Below, piece by piece: positions 1 through 9,358 of a DNA stretch of 64,000 nucleotides; position 1 is the first letter of the stretch, and each line of letters starts with the position of its first letter. The stretch spans positions 1,120 through 65,119 of the forward strand of contig DATGWP010000024.1 of NCBI GenBank assembly GCA_035299425.1, given 5' to 3'. This DNA is from Chitinophagales bacterium. GTDB lineage: Bacteria; Bacteroidota; Bacteroidia; Chitinophagales; LD1. Both the position numbers and the translations under genes were made by a program. The notes below the pieces were generated by a model that had not been told where the DNA came from, ran no database searches, and was given only the letters and a program-made list of their open reading frames with translations.

Positions 1-3000
1 CTGGTTCAATAGTATATTTTCTCCTGCCGGTGGGGTAACTGTCCATGTATAATCATTATTAATCACATTGCTTGCACCATCGGTAGTAGATACCAATGTA
101 TAAGTAGTGCCGGCGTTAAGCGATACAGGGCTGCCTACTGTGCCGAGCATAGGTTCATCGCCGCTACCGCCATCGTTATCTATGCGCAGCAGGGTGCCTC
201 CACTACAAGCTCCCGGTGTAAAGTTGCCGGTAAAAATATAACCAGCACCATTGTACGTGGTGTTGTTATTCATTTCGAATATATAATTGCCGGTAGCTGA
301 TACCTGGAATTGTATAACTGAGTAAGTTCTGGCAGGGCCGCTAAAAGAGCAAACAGCATTATTTACTGCACCTACAGGTGTGCTGGCAGTAGAGTTGCTC
401 GACAGCCAGCCTCCGTAAATTCTGTTTGGAATAGCTGGTACAACAAAATTATCTACACATACATTGGATGCGGTAAGATAACCAGTGCCCCCCTGACAAA
501 CACTTACCGGTGTAGTGGTAAGCGGTGTAGGTACATAATTGATGCTAAGCGTGCCGCTGGCCGGCGATATACAATCCGGCGATACGGTAAGCCTAACTGT
601 AACCGTGTGGTTACCGGTAGCCACCCCGCTAAACGTAGGGCTTGACTGGTAGGTACCACCATCCAGTGCATACTCATAATTTACACCCAAAGGGCTGCTT
701 ACACTTATGGTACCTGAAGCTACCGCACAAGTTGGCTGAGCCGTAACCGAAGCAAGTGGTGCAGCAGGTGCCGATGGAGCAGGTGCAATAACTGCATTGC
801 CCGAAGCTGCTGATGTACAGCCAGATGAGCTAAGTGTTACAGTAAACGTGTAAGTGTTACTAGCCGGCAAACCGCTAAAGGTTGCTGAAGTCGTATTGCC
901 TGTAATAGTAGTGCCACCCGGAGCAGCCGTTACTGTCCATGCTGCCGCTGGCAGATTGGTTAAACCTACACTGCCTGTAGTAGTTACACAACCTGGTTGT
1001 GTAATAGTGCTAACCACAGGGGCCGGTGGTGTAACCGGCTGAGTAGGTATAGAAGCAGGATTAGATGGCGCCGACGTGCAACCCGATGATGCTAATGTCA
1101 CTGTAAAGGTATATGTAATGCCTGCTGTAAGGTTGCTAACCGTAGTAGTGGTAGTAGAACCCGTAACGGTAGCTCCGCCCGGCGATACGGTAACGGTCCA
1201 GCTACTGGCCGGCAGGTTGCTTAATGCAACACTGGCTGTGGCCAGGGCACAGGTTGGGCCTGTGATGGTGCCCGCTACCGGTGCAGGCGGTGTAATTGGT
1301 TGTGCCGGCATAACTGCATTACCCGAAGCTACCGATGTGCAACCTGATGAAGTAAGTGTTACAGTAAATGTATAAGTGGTAGCCGCCGGTAAGCCCGTGA
1401 AGACAGCAGAGGTGGCAGAACCGGTGATACTAAAGCCGCCCGGTTGTGCTGTTACTGTCCATGCTGCGTTGGGCAAGCCGCTAAGGTTTACACTGCCTGT
1501 AGATACACTACAGGTAGGTGGTGTGATAGTGCCAACTACCGGTGCAGAAGGTGTAACCGGCTGGGCTGGTATTACTGCATTGCCCGATGCTCCTGATGTG
1601 CAACCCGAAGATTGCAACGTAACCGTAAATGTATAAGTAGTGCTGGCAGTTAAGCCTGCGAAGGTTGCTGTGGTTGTATTACCTGTAATGGTAGCTCCAC
1701 CCGGTGAGGCAGTTACAGTCCAGTTGCTGGCTGGCAGGTTGCTTAGTGCCACACTACCGGTTGCCACGGTGCAGGTAGGCGGTGTAATAGTGCCTACGTT
1801 GGGTGCCGCTGGCGTAATTGGCTGTGCCGGTATTACAGCATTAGCCGATGCTGCCGAAGTACAGCCTGATGATTGTAGGGCGGTAGTAAAGGTATAAGTG
1901 GTGTTTTGCGTAAGGCCGCTAAAAGTAGCGGTAGTTGTACTGCCTGTAATAGTGGCACCGCCCGGCGAAGCAGTTACTGTCCAATTGCTGGCTGGCAGGT
2001 TGCTTAATGCAACACTACCGGTAGCCACACTACAGGTAGGTGGTGTGATAGCGCCTACAGTTGGTGCCGGTGGGGTAACAGGTTGCGCCGGTATTACGGC
2101 ATTGGATGTTGCTCCTGAATTACAACCAGATGATTGCAGCGTTACTATAAAGTTAAAGGTAGTGCCCGCTGCTAATCCACTAAAGGTAGCTGTTGCAGTA
2201 TTTCCGGTTATAGTAGCCCCACCCGGGTTGGCGGTTACGGTCCAGTTGCTGGTAGGTAAACCGCTAAGTGCTACGCTACCGGTTGCCAGGGCGCAGGTAG
2301 GATTGGTAATGGTGCCTACAGTAGGCGCTGCCGGTATAGCTGGCTGTGCGGGTATTACCGCACCCGATGAAGGTGCAGAAGTACAACCTGATGATTGCAG
2401 TGTAACAGTAAATGTTTGTGTTGAATTGGCTGGTAATCCGCTAAAGGTAGCTGTAGCCGTGCTGCCGGTGATCAGCTGTCCGCTTGGTGCTGCAGTTACG
2501 GTCCAGCTGCTGGTAGGTAAGTTGCTTAAGGCAACGCTACCTGTGGCTACTGTACAGGTAGGCGGTGTAATAGTACCTACTGTAGGCACTGCCGGTGTAA
2601 CCGGTTGTGCCGGTATTACAGCATTGGCCGATGCTGCCGAAACACAGCCCGATGACTGTAGCGTTGTAATAAATGTATACGTTGTGTTTTGCGTAAGACC
2701 GCTAAAAGTGGCGGTAGTTGTATTGCCGGTAATAGTAGCACCACCCGGTGTAGCTGTTACTGTCCAGTTGCTGGCAGGTAAATTGCTTAACGCTACACTG
2801 CCGGTGGCTACGCTACAGGTAGGCGGTGTAATAGTGCCAATAGTTGGTGCCGGCGAGGTGGTAGGCTGCGAATTAACTACCGCATTGGCCGATACTGCCG
2901 ATACGCAGTTAACAGAGTTAGTTACTGTAAATGTATAGGTGCCAGATGGCAGGCCGCTTACCGATGTGGTAGTGCCTGTGCCGGTGGTATTTACGCCTCC

Positions 3001-6000
3001 CGGATTTCGGGTAAGTGTCCAGGTTCCTGATGCAGGAAGATTGCCAAGGTTAATAACGCCCGTAGCTGTACCACAGGTAGGCTGGGTAATTGAAACTATA
3101 GAAGGTGCTCCCGGAGTGGCTGGCTGCGCAGGTATAGCTGCCGATGAAGAAGCTACTGATGTGCAACCCGATGATTGCAAAGTTACTGTAAATGTGTAGC
3201 TGGTATTTTGTGCCAGGCCACTAAAAGTAGCTGTGGTAGTATTTCCGGTAATAGTAGCGCCACCCGGGCTGGCAGTTACCGTCCAGTTACTGGCCGGCAA
3301 ATTGCTTAGTGCTACGCTACCGGTGGCCACCGTACATGTTGGTGGTGTAATAGTACCTACAGTTGGTGGGCTGGTTGTTACCGGTTGCGCTGGTATCACC
3401 GCACCGGCCGAAGCTGCTGAAGTACAACCCGTAGAGCCTAAGGTAACTGTAAAGGTTTGTGTGGTATTAGCCGGTAGGCCGCTGAATGTTGCGGTAGTAG
3501 TGCTACCTGTCAGTGTAAGGTTACTAGGCGATGCTGTTATCGTCCAGCTGCTGGCGGGCAGGTTACTTAGTGCAACACTACCTGTGGCTACCGTACAGGT
3601 AGGTGGTGTAACAGCACCTACTGTTGGTGCGGCTGTTTGGTTTACAACTATTTGTTGCGTAACAGAACACCCTTCCAGACTGTAAGTAATTGTATGTGTG
3701 CCTGCACCCGCAGTAGCAGGGTTAAAGTTAGAACCCGATACTCCTGGTCCACTCCATGTACCTCCTGCAACGTTAGCAGTAAGGGCACGTGCGGCCGAGT
3801 TATTACACATAGCAGCATTGCTGCTGGTAATAGTTAAATCACCGGTCTTTACAAACTGCAACTGTGTAAAAGCAGCACCTCCACCCTCTACAGAAACCAC
3901 ATCAAGGGTAGTATTTGGCCCAAGGAATATACCGGTAGTACCGGCCGAAGATGTTATTGTATTAATACAGCAACCAGCGTTATAAAAAGCAGCACCACCG
4001 TTTTTGCTGATGGTGAGATTATCATCGTGACGATAGCTGATGGTGTATATGCCACATGGGAAACCCTGTCTTTTATACCGGTAGCTAAAGTTATCTACAC
4101 CGGTAGTACAGCCAGTGTAGGCCGCACCGCCGGTAGCGTTAATCGTGGTAGCAGATATAGCTGCTGTTTGGGCACTCCATCTTGTATCAGTATTAAAATC
4201 TACGGATGTGTGCGTGTAATAGCCAACGTAGTTTGTTCCTGGTGTAGCAGAATTGTATGCAAATACATTCCATTCGTTGTTGCCGGCAGTTCCATCGGTA
4301 GGCGAAGTAGGTACTGTATACACTATTATTGTAATAGTATTTGAGTAAGCCACAGTTCCACACTTGTCTGTAGCCTTGCGGCGGTAATTATAAGTGCCGG
4401 CTACCGTTATGTTTCCCGGATCATAAGTTGCTGCTGTAGCACCAGGTATACTTACATTGTTTAACTCCCACTGGTAATCTGTGGTACCGTTTGTATTAGC
4501 AGCCGATGTGCCGCCACTTGCTGCGGCCGAGTTGCTTAACACTGGTGGGTCGTAAGGCCCGCACACAGATGTAGACCCGGCATAACCTATGGTACCACCG
4601 CTTAGTGCAGTGGTTACATCCACTACATTCAATGCGCCTTGCGAACCGCCGCCACCTTCAAAGAAGCGGTACTCGACATTATCAGAGGTGCTTAACACAC
4701 CCGTCCAAATCCCATTATGTACATCACAGCAACCGTTGTGTACAAACTGCTGCACGCCATTTACATATACATATACATCGTCATCATGTGTAGGAATATC
4801 AAGTCTGTATACTTTACATGGAAAACCCTGACGCTTGTACACTACAGTGTGATAGTCGGCACTTACTATACCCCCGGTATAAGTGTAGCCGCTAATTAGA
4901 CTGGAAGGGGAACCGTTACCTCCATTTACCCATACATTGGCTGTATTAAAACTCAGAGTATTATCCACGTAGTAACCCTGATAAATATTATTAGAAAGAG
5001 TCAGGTTATTGCCGCAATAAGCATAGACGTTCCATGTGTTAGAACCAAAGGTGGCCGGATTGCCTGCCGTAGATGTTACAGTAACAGTTGTGGTAGCATC
5101 GTAGCTGGCCGGAACATTCTCCGCTCCACAGGATGACCACGACCGGCGCAGGTAAGTCCATGTACCTGCTGCAGACGGGGTATTTGATGGCAATGTCTGG
5201 CTGTTTGTTTGTCCTAAATCTTCCCATGCACTACCAGTACAAGAATTAATACGGTACCAGCGTATATTTAGCGTAGTACCCGAGGCAGCAGTAGCGTTAG
5301 TAGTGCTGTTTATAGTAACAGACTGACCCAGATTTATGGAAGCTGAGGAAGGTGATATAGCACCAGCAGTAGCAGTATTGCCATTTACCGTAATTGTAAA
5401 TGTATTTGAATAAGCTACGTTGCTACATTTATCAACCACTCTTCTTCGATAGGTATAAGTGCCGGCTGTTAGCGCACCGGGATCATAGGTGGCGCCGGTG
5501 GCACCGCTAATAGCTACGGAATTAAGCTCCCACTGATAAGTAGTACTTCCGTTAGTAATGGCGGCACTGGTTCCACCACTTGCATCGGCACTATTGCCAA
5601 AGGCCGGAGGATCGTAACCTGTACACGCAGTGGTACTGCCACCATAAGTAATAGTACCACCATTAAGAGCTGTGGTTACGTCATTTACTGCAATAGAGCC
5701 AAACGACCCACCGCCACCTTCTGACACTCTAAACTCAACTATATCCGATGCGCCTAACACATAAGTGCCGGCATTTTGATTAGCCGTTGGAACCGGTGCA
5801 AAACAACATGCGCTGACATCATATCGGAGCGTACCATTTACAAAAACCTGCCCGCGGTCATCATGGTTAACTAATATCTGGTAGGATTTACAAGGGAAAT
5901 TGGTACGCGAAGCATTCCAAGAGTGGTTATCAGCAGCTACTGCGCAACCGATATAGCCACTTGCTGAACTTGGAGTGCCTCCATCGGGCCACCTGCTATA

Positions 6001-7053
6001 GGTTTGAAACGACAGACTTGGCTCGGTGTAGTAACCGCTATAGTTACTGCTCCAGGCACCTGAGCCACCGGCCGCGTCACCGGCCGCCCATACATACACA
6101 TTCCATGTGTTATTCCCTGGGGTAAGTGCCGGCTGTGTACGGTTAAAAGTTATTTGCCCGTTTGAGCCGCCACCGCCTTCCGAAACACGAAACTCAACTA
6201 CATCCGATGCATTTAAGAAACCCGTCCACACCGCAGTGTGTGGGTCGCAACAGCCAATGTGTTGCCATACGTTAGTGCCATTGATGAATAGCTGAGCTGC
6301 ATCATCGTGCCCGTTAATATCTATACTGTAATAGCCACATATACCGGTTCTTATGGCTCTCCAAGAGTGATTATCGTTACCAATATAACATCCTTTGTAA
6401 TCGTTAGCATCGTAAGGTGTGTTTACCCAACGGTTACCAGTGGAAAAAGATAAGGAAGGCTCGGTGTAGTAGCCGCTGTAATTACTACTCCAGGCACCGC
6501 TGCCGCCAGCCGCGTCCCCTGCCGCATAGCAGTAAACGTTCCATGTGCCATTACCCGCAGTTCCCTGGGCAGGTGAGGCAGGTGGAGAACACCGATAAGT
6601 AAGTATAGCCGAGCCCGATCCATAACCCTGGCAGCTATATCGATTATTCTGCACCCTGTATTCCCCGTCATAGTTCGCGGTCCAGTCAATAATAGATTGT
6701 AAACCGCAGGCATCATCATTATAGGGTCCTACGTATCCACCGCCAGAGTTAAATCCACTTAACTGGGTATCGTACGAACTACCACAGGTTTCATAATGAT
6801 AATTAGCTGTATTTTTAACCTGGAAACGTAAAAAAGCACCAGAGCCAATATTTACTGTTTGGTTATTTACTGTAGGATAATAGGTGTTACCATTTTCTTG
6901 CGCGTTGGCCCAACCGCAGACCTGAGCAGTAACGATCGCTAAGCCATAGAATAAAAGAAAACAGGTAAAAACTATTCGACGGATTAATGAATAATAATAG
7001 TTACTGTTTTGGATATTTTCTGTTTTAATAAAGAGCGAGGTAGAAGTAAACAT
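1..7053 (-). CDS. Giant secreted adhesin-like protein, 3'-truncated by the window edge (>2351 aa): signal-like N-terminus, about 4 PA14-like modules, then about 11 tandem Ig-like repeats
   Basis: Absent from the ORF track because it has no stop inside the window. Hand translation of the minus strand from the ATG at 7053..7051 gives MFTSTSLFIKTENIQNSNYYYSLIRRIVFTCFLLFYGLAIVTAQ... The frame is in phase at 4860 (..HDDDVYVYVNGVQQFVHNGCCDVHNGIWTGVLSTSDNVEYRFFEGGGGS..) and at 1638 (TYTFTVTLQSSGCTSGASGNAVIPAQ..). An in-frame stop would have produced a listed ORF starting at 7053, and none is listed. The HDD..VNG...EGGGGS modules recur near 3880, 4650, 5710 and 6170. Confidence 0.85.
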   Translation of the reverse strand, partial: MFTSTSLFIKTENIQNSNYYYSLIRRIVFTCFLLFYGLAIVTAQVCGWANAQENGNTYYPTVNNQTVNIGSGAFLRFQVKNTANYHYETCGSSYDTQLSGFNSGGGYVGPYNDDACGLQSIIDWTANYDGEYRVQNNRYSCQGYGSGSAILTYRCSPPASPAQGTAGNGTWNVYCYAAGDAAGGSGAWSSNYSGYYTEPSLSFSTGNRWVNTPYDANDYKGCYIGNDNHSWRAIRTGICGYYSIDINGHDDAAQLFINGTNVWQHIGCCDPHTAVWTGFLNASDVVEFRVSEGGGGSNGQITFNRTQPALTPGNNTWNVYVWAAGDAAGGSGAWSSNYSGYYTEPSLSFQTYSRWPDGGTPSSASGYIGCAVAADNHSWNASRTNFPCKSYQILVNHDDRGQVFVNGTLRYDVSACCFAPVPTANQNAGTYVLGASDIVEFRVSEGGGGSFGSIAVNDVTTALNGGTITYGGSTTACTGYDPPAFGNSADASGGTSAAITNGSTTYQWELNSVAISGATGATYDPGALTAGTYTYRRRVVDKCSNVAYSNTFTITVNGNTATAGAISPSSASINLGQSVTINSTTNATAASGTTLNIRWYRINSCTGSAWEDLGQTNSQTLPSNTPSAAGTWTYLRRSWSSCGAENVPASYDATTTVTVTSTAGNPATFGSNTWNVYAYCGNNLTLSNNIYQGYYVDNTLSFNTANVWVNGGNGSPSSLISGYTYTGGIVSADYHTVVYKRQGFPCKVYRLDIPTHDDDVYVYVNGVQQFVHNGCCDVHNGIWTGVLSTSDNVEYRFFEGGGGSQGALNVVDVTTALSGGTIGYAGSTSVCGPYDPPVLSNSAAASGGTSAANTNGTTDYQWELNNVSIPGATAATYDPGNITVAGTYNYRRKATDKCGTVAYSNTITIIVYTVPTSPTDGTAGNNEWNVFAYNSATPGTNYVGYYTHTSVDFNTDTRWSAQTAAISATTINATGGAAYTGCTTGVDNFSYRYKRQGFPCGIYTISYRHDDNLTISKNGGAAFYNAGCCINTITSSAGTTGIFLGPNTTLDVVSVEGGGAAFTQLQFVKTGDLTITSSNAAMCNNSAARALTANVAGGTWSGPGVSGSNFNPATAGAGTHTITYSLEGCSVTQQIVVNQTAAPTVGAVTPPTCTVATGSVALSNLPASSWTITASPSNLTLTGSTTTATFSGLPANTTQTFTVTLGSTGCTSAASAGAVIPAQPVTTSPPTVGTITPPTCTVATGSVALSNLPASNWTVTASPGGATITGNTTTATFSGLAQNTSYTFTVTLQSSGCTSVASSSAAIPAQPATPGAPSIVSITQPTCGTATGVINLGNLPASGTWTLTRNPGGVNTTGTGTTTSVSGLPSGTYTFTVTNSVNCVSAVSANAVVNSQPTTSPAPTIGTITPPTCSVATGSVALSNLPASNWTVTATPGGATITGNTTTATFSGLTQNTTYTFITTLQSSGCVSAASANAVIPAQPVTPAVPTVGTITPPTCTVATGSVALSNLPTSSWTVTAAPSGQLITGSTATATFSGLPANSTQTFTVTLQSSGCTSAPSSGAVIPAQPAIPAAPTVGTITNPTCALATGSVALSGLPTSNWTVTANPGGATITGNTATATFSGLAAGTTFNFIVTLQSSGCNSGATSNAVIPAQPVTPPAPTVGAITPPTCSVATGSVALSNLPASNWTVTASPGGATITGSTTTATFSGLTQNTTYTFTTALQSSGCTSAASANAVIPAQPITPAAPNVGTITPPTCTVATGSVALSNLPASNWTVTASPGGATITGNTTTATFAGLTASTTYTFTVTLQSSGCTSGASGNAVIPAQPVTPSAPVVGTITPPTCSVSTGSVNLSGLPNAAWTVTAQPGGFSITGSATSAVFTGLPAATTYTFTVTLTSSGCTSVASGNAVMPAQPITPPAPVAGTITGPTCALATASVALSNLPASSWTVTVSPGGATVTGSTTTTTVSNLTAGITYTFTVTLASSGCTSAPSNPASIPTQPVTPPAPVVSTITQPGCVTTTGSVGLTNLPAAAWTVTAAPGGTTITGNTTSATFSGLPASNTYTFTVTLSSSGCTSAASGNAVIAPAPSAPAAPLASVTAQPTCAVASGTISVSSPLGVNYEYALDGGTYQSSPTFSGVATGNHTVTVRLTVSPDCISPASGTLSINYVPTPLTTTPVSVCQGGTGYLTASNVCVDNFVVPAIPNRIYGGWLSSNSTASTPVGAVNNAVCSFSGPARTYSVIQFQVSATGNYIFEMNNNTTYNGAGYIFTGNFTPGACSGGTLLRIDNDGGSGDEPMLGTVGSPVSLNAGTTYTLVSTTDGASNVINNDYTWTVTPPAGENILLNQ
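790..3650 (-). repeat. About 11 diverged tandem coding repeats, period 258-264 bp (86-88 aa Ig-like unit: QPTC.VATGSV.LSNLPASNWTVTASPGGATITGNTTTATFSGL..NTTYTFTVT..SSGC.S.AS)
   Basis: Unit boundaries (TYTFTV) recur near 853, 1110, 1375, 1636, 1897, 2155, 2415, 2680, 2938, 3199 and 3460. The plus-strand ORFs 854-3685 in the track are antisense shadows with the same periodicity. Confidence 0.8.
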
Positions 7054-7132
7054 AATCCCATTTGCGTTTAAAAACATTTGTCAAAAAAACCTATTGCAAT
7101 AAGCAGCCTAAAGCTCATTTTGTCAATTCCTG

Positions 7133-7159
7133 CAAAGTTAAATTTGACGGACAAAATTA
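7133..7159 (-). promoter_or_regulatory. Two candidate Bacteroidota -7 boxes (TAACTTTG at 7140..7133; TAATTTTG at 7159..7152) upstream of the giant adhesin gene
   Basis: Both match the TAnnTTTG consensus on the minus strand, 80-100 nt upstream of the ATG at 7053. No experimental support. Confidence 0.25.
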
Positions 7160-7715
7160 GCATGCACATTCACAATTAATAATAACTCTAAGAAACTACG
7201 TGTTTAACGGAAAAAATTGACTCGTCGCTGGCAAATACAATGCCTTAATTGTAAATTACCTGTAGAAGTAGACTTGAAATATCCTTTTTAGGTTAAAACC
7301 ACTATAAATACTACGAAAATGCATTGTTGCAAGTCTGTAATTGGTAAAAACAACAACTCCAAAATCCACAAAAAAGGACATGGGGCATACAAGTATTATT
7401 TTATTGTTAATTTATCCGGTAAGCAGCTAAAAATAAGATGATTAACGTTTCTATAAAAACGAACCCTCATACAGCCGGCAACCTGTTACGCATGCAAAAC
7501 AAATATCAGCACGATTTACATGTTGATTTTCTACTGAACAATTCACCATCAAACAAAATAATACATACCATCTGTGCGGCCGGTCCACATTACTGCCCAT
7601 AGTAAGTATTTACAAGATGAGTTCGTCCTCGATTAAACATGACTTTAATATTAGGCAGCTTATAGCTTATCCGGCATCCATTCAAGGTCCAATAGACTTT
7701 ACAGATTTTGTTCTC

Positions 7716-7756
7716 AAAAAAAATACCGGCAATTTAACTGTGCCGGTATTTTTTTA
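7716..7756 (-). terminator. Rho-independent terminator after the cysH-peroxiredoxin unit
   Basis: Stem ATACCGGCA (7722-7730) / TGCCGGTAT (7741-7749). A-run on the left and T-run on the right. On the minus strand the hairpin is followed by UUUUUUUU. Confidence 0.7.
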
Positions 7757-7766
7757 AACTATTTAC

Positions 7767-8405
7767 CTATTTATTAGGCTGCGGTGTTAAGCGCAGGTAC
7801 GGCTTTACCCGCGTATGGCCTTTAGGGAATTTAGCCGGTATATCTTCATCCTTTACTGCCGGTGCAATTACCACATCTTCTCCATCTTTCCAATTAGCAG
7901 GTGTAGCTACCGAGTAGTTAGCCGTTAGCTGCAGGCTATCAATTACGCGCAGCAATTCATGAAAATTTCTACCGGTTGATGCCGGGTAAGTGATTATGAG
8001 TTTCACTTTCTTGTCAGGCCCTATAATAAACACCGACCTAACAGTAAATGTCTCGTTAGAGTTAGGGTGTATCATATCATACAGGTCGGCAACCTTGCGC
8101 TCAGGGTCGGCTATGATAGGAAAGTTAAGCACGGTGTTTTGTGTTTCGTTTATATCCTTTACCCACTCCTTATGCTTATCCAATTCATCTACACTTACGG
8201 CAATTATCTTAGCGTTGCGCTTATCAAACTCAGCCTTTAGTTTTGATGCCGTTCCAAGTTCGGTAGTACATACCGGTGTAAAATCGGCAGGGTGAGAGAA
8301 AAGAACACCCCAGCCATTGCCAAGCCATTCGTAAAAGTTAATAGTTCCATCTGTAGTTTCTGCAGTAAAATCGGGGGCGATGTCTCCAAGTCGTAAAGTA
8401 GCCAT
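7767..8405 (-). CDS. 1-Cys peroxiredoxin (Prx6-type)
   Basis: 212 aa. N-terminus LGDIAPDFTAETTDG..., peroxidatic motif FTPVCTTE. Length and C-terminal extension are typical of the 1-Cys Prx subfamily. Starts 37 nt after the cysH stop. Confidence 0.9.
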   Translation of the reverse strand: MATLRLGDIAPDFTAETTDGTINFYEWLGNGWGVLFSHPADFTPVCTTELGTASKLKAEFDKRNAKIIAVSVDELDKHKEWVKDINETQNTVLNFPIIADPERKVADLYDMIHPNSNETFTVRSVFIIGPDKKVKLIITYPASTGRNFHELLRVIDSLQLTANYSVATPANWKDGEDVVIAPAVKDEDIPAKFPKGHTRVKPYLRLTPQPNK

Positions 8406-8442
8406 GTGCTGTTTTTGTTTTTTAGTGGTTTATAATAATGAT

Positions 8443-9183
8443 TTAAATAGTCCAGTTGCCGGGTTGCGAGGCCTCGTTTGTATGTATGCCGCATTCCTTC
8501 TCGGTGTTGCCCTCCCACCACCAACGGCCAGAACGTTCGTTATCGCCGGTTCTTACCGCCCGTGTGCAGGGTGCGCATCCTATGCTCAAAAAGCCTTTGT
8601 CTGATAGTTCATTGTATGGAATACTCTCGCTTCGTATCATATCCTTTACTTCCTCTGCAGTCCAGTAAAAAAGAGGATAAACTTTTATCAATCCCCGCTT
8701 CTCATCCCACTCTACCTGACTCTTCTCTGCCCGGTTAGACGACTGCGTAGCACGCACACCCGATAGCCATATTTTCTGTCCTTGCAAAGCGCGGTTCAGT
8801 GGCTCCAACTTGCGCAGGTAGCAGCACTCCTTACGGTCATCTACCGAATTGTAAAAACTATTGGGCCCTTTTTGCTGTAGCATGTTTTGAAGGCGCTCGG
8901 TTTGCGGGTAATAGGTTTCTATGTTTACGCCATACTTCTCATTGGTAGCTTTCCATACATTATAAGTCTCCTGGAACTGGCGGCCGGTATCGATGGTAAA
9001 TACCTTAACCGGAATTTTGTTTTTAAAAATGAAATGAGATATAACCTGCCCCTCTAAGCCAAAGGCTGTAGAGTAACACACAGCCGCAGGAAACTGCTCA
9101 GCAAGCCAGCGCAGCCCATCGGCTACGGTCATGCTTTGCATGGCCTGGTTAATTTCTTCTACCCGTTTTTTTAACTCACTCAT
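8443..9183 (-). CDS. cysH: Assimilatory (P)APS reductase, thioredoxin-dependent (CysH), Fe-S-type cysteine pattern
   Basis: 246 aa. PAPS-reductase fold motifs and C-terminal KECGIH. The cysteine pairs KECCYLRK and GCAPCT are typical of the [4Fe-4S] APS-reductase subgroup. Confidence 0.9.
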   Translation of the reverse strand: MSELKKRVEEINQAMQSMTVADGLRWLAEQFPAAVCYSTAFGLEGQVISHFIFKNKIPVKVFTIDTGRQFQETYNVWKATNEKYGVNIETYYPQTERLQNMLQQKGPNSFYNSVDDRKECCYLRKLEPLNRALQGQKIWLSGVRATQSSNRAEKSQVEWDEKRGLIKVYPLFYWTAEEVKDMIRSESIPYNELSDKGFLSIGCAPCTRAVRTGDNERSGRWWWEGNTEKECGIHTNEASQPGNWTI

Positions 9184-9201
9184 TTTACAATATCATTAAA
9201 A

Positions 9202-9236
9202 CAAAAAAGGCCTCCCCGAAACCGGAAAGACCTTTT
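9202..9236 (-). terminator. Attenuator terminator in the cysH 5' leader
   Basis: Minus strand reads AAGGUCUUUCC-GGUUUC-GGGGAGGCCUU followed by UUUUUGUUUU. The stem is 11 bp including 3 G.U pairs. It ends 18 nt before the cysH ATG and lies inside a 5' leader, not at a gene end. Confidence 0.6.
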
Positions 9237-9256
9237 TGCTATTAGTTTATATATGG

Positions 9257-9343
9257 TTATGCAAAAGCCTCTCCTGTCGCTATTTTCATAGCGCAACACA
9301 TAGTGCAGCAACAAGAGAATTTTATTTGGCTTTGGTTAAACAT
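9257..9343 (-). CDS. Candidate cysteine-rich leader peptide (28 aa) of cysH: MFNQSQIKFSCCCTMCCAMKIATGEAFA
   Basis: Hand-translated and below the ORF-track size cutoff. ATG at 9343..9341, TAA at 9259..9257. There are 5 Cys codons within 7 codons (9313-9293). It sits between a promoter-like motif and the leader terminator. Confidence 0.6.
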   Translation of the reverse strand: MFNQSQIKFSCCCTMCCAMKIATGEAFA

Positions 9344-9358
9344 TAATTTGCTTTGTAT

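Noticed and set aside
854-3985. Ladder of plus-strand ORFs (62-346 aa) with repetitive V/A/G/P/T-rich products
   Set aside because: They are antisense shadows of the tandem Ig-like repeats of the minus-strand giant ORF (1..7053). Their periodicity equals the repeat period. The minus-strand translation gives sensible domain sequences (TYTFTVT..SGC..QPTC..).

The same holds for the other small ORFs in the giant gene's non-coding frames between 3637 and 6719: plus-strand ORFs from 3637-3837 up to 6417-6602, and minus-strand ORFs 5039-5227 and 6423-6719.
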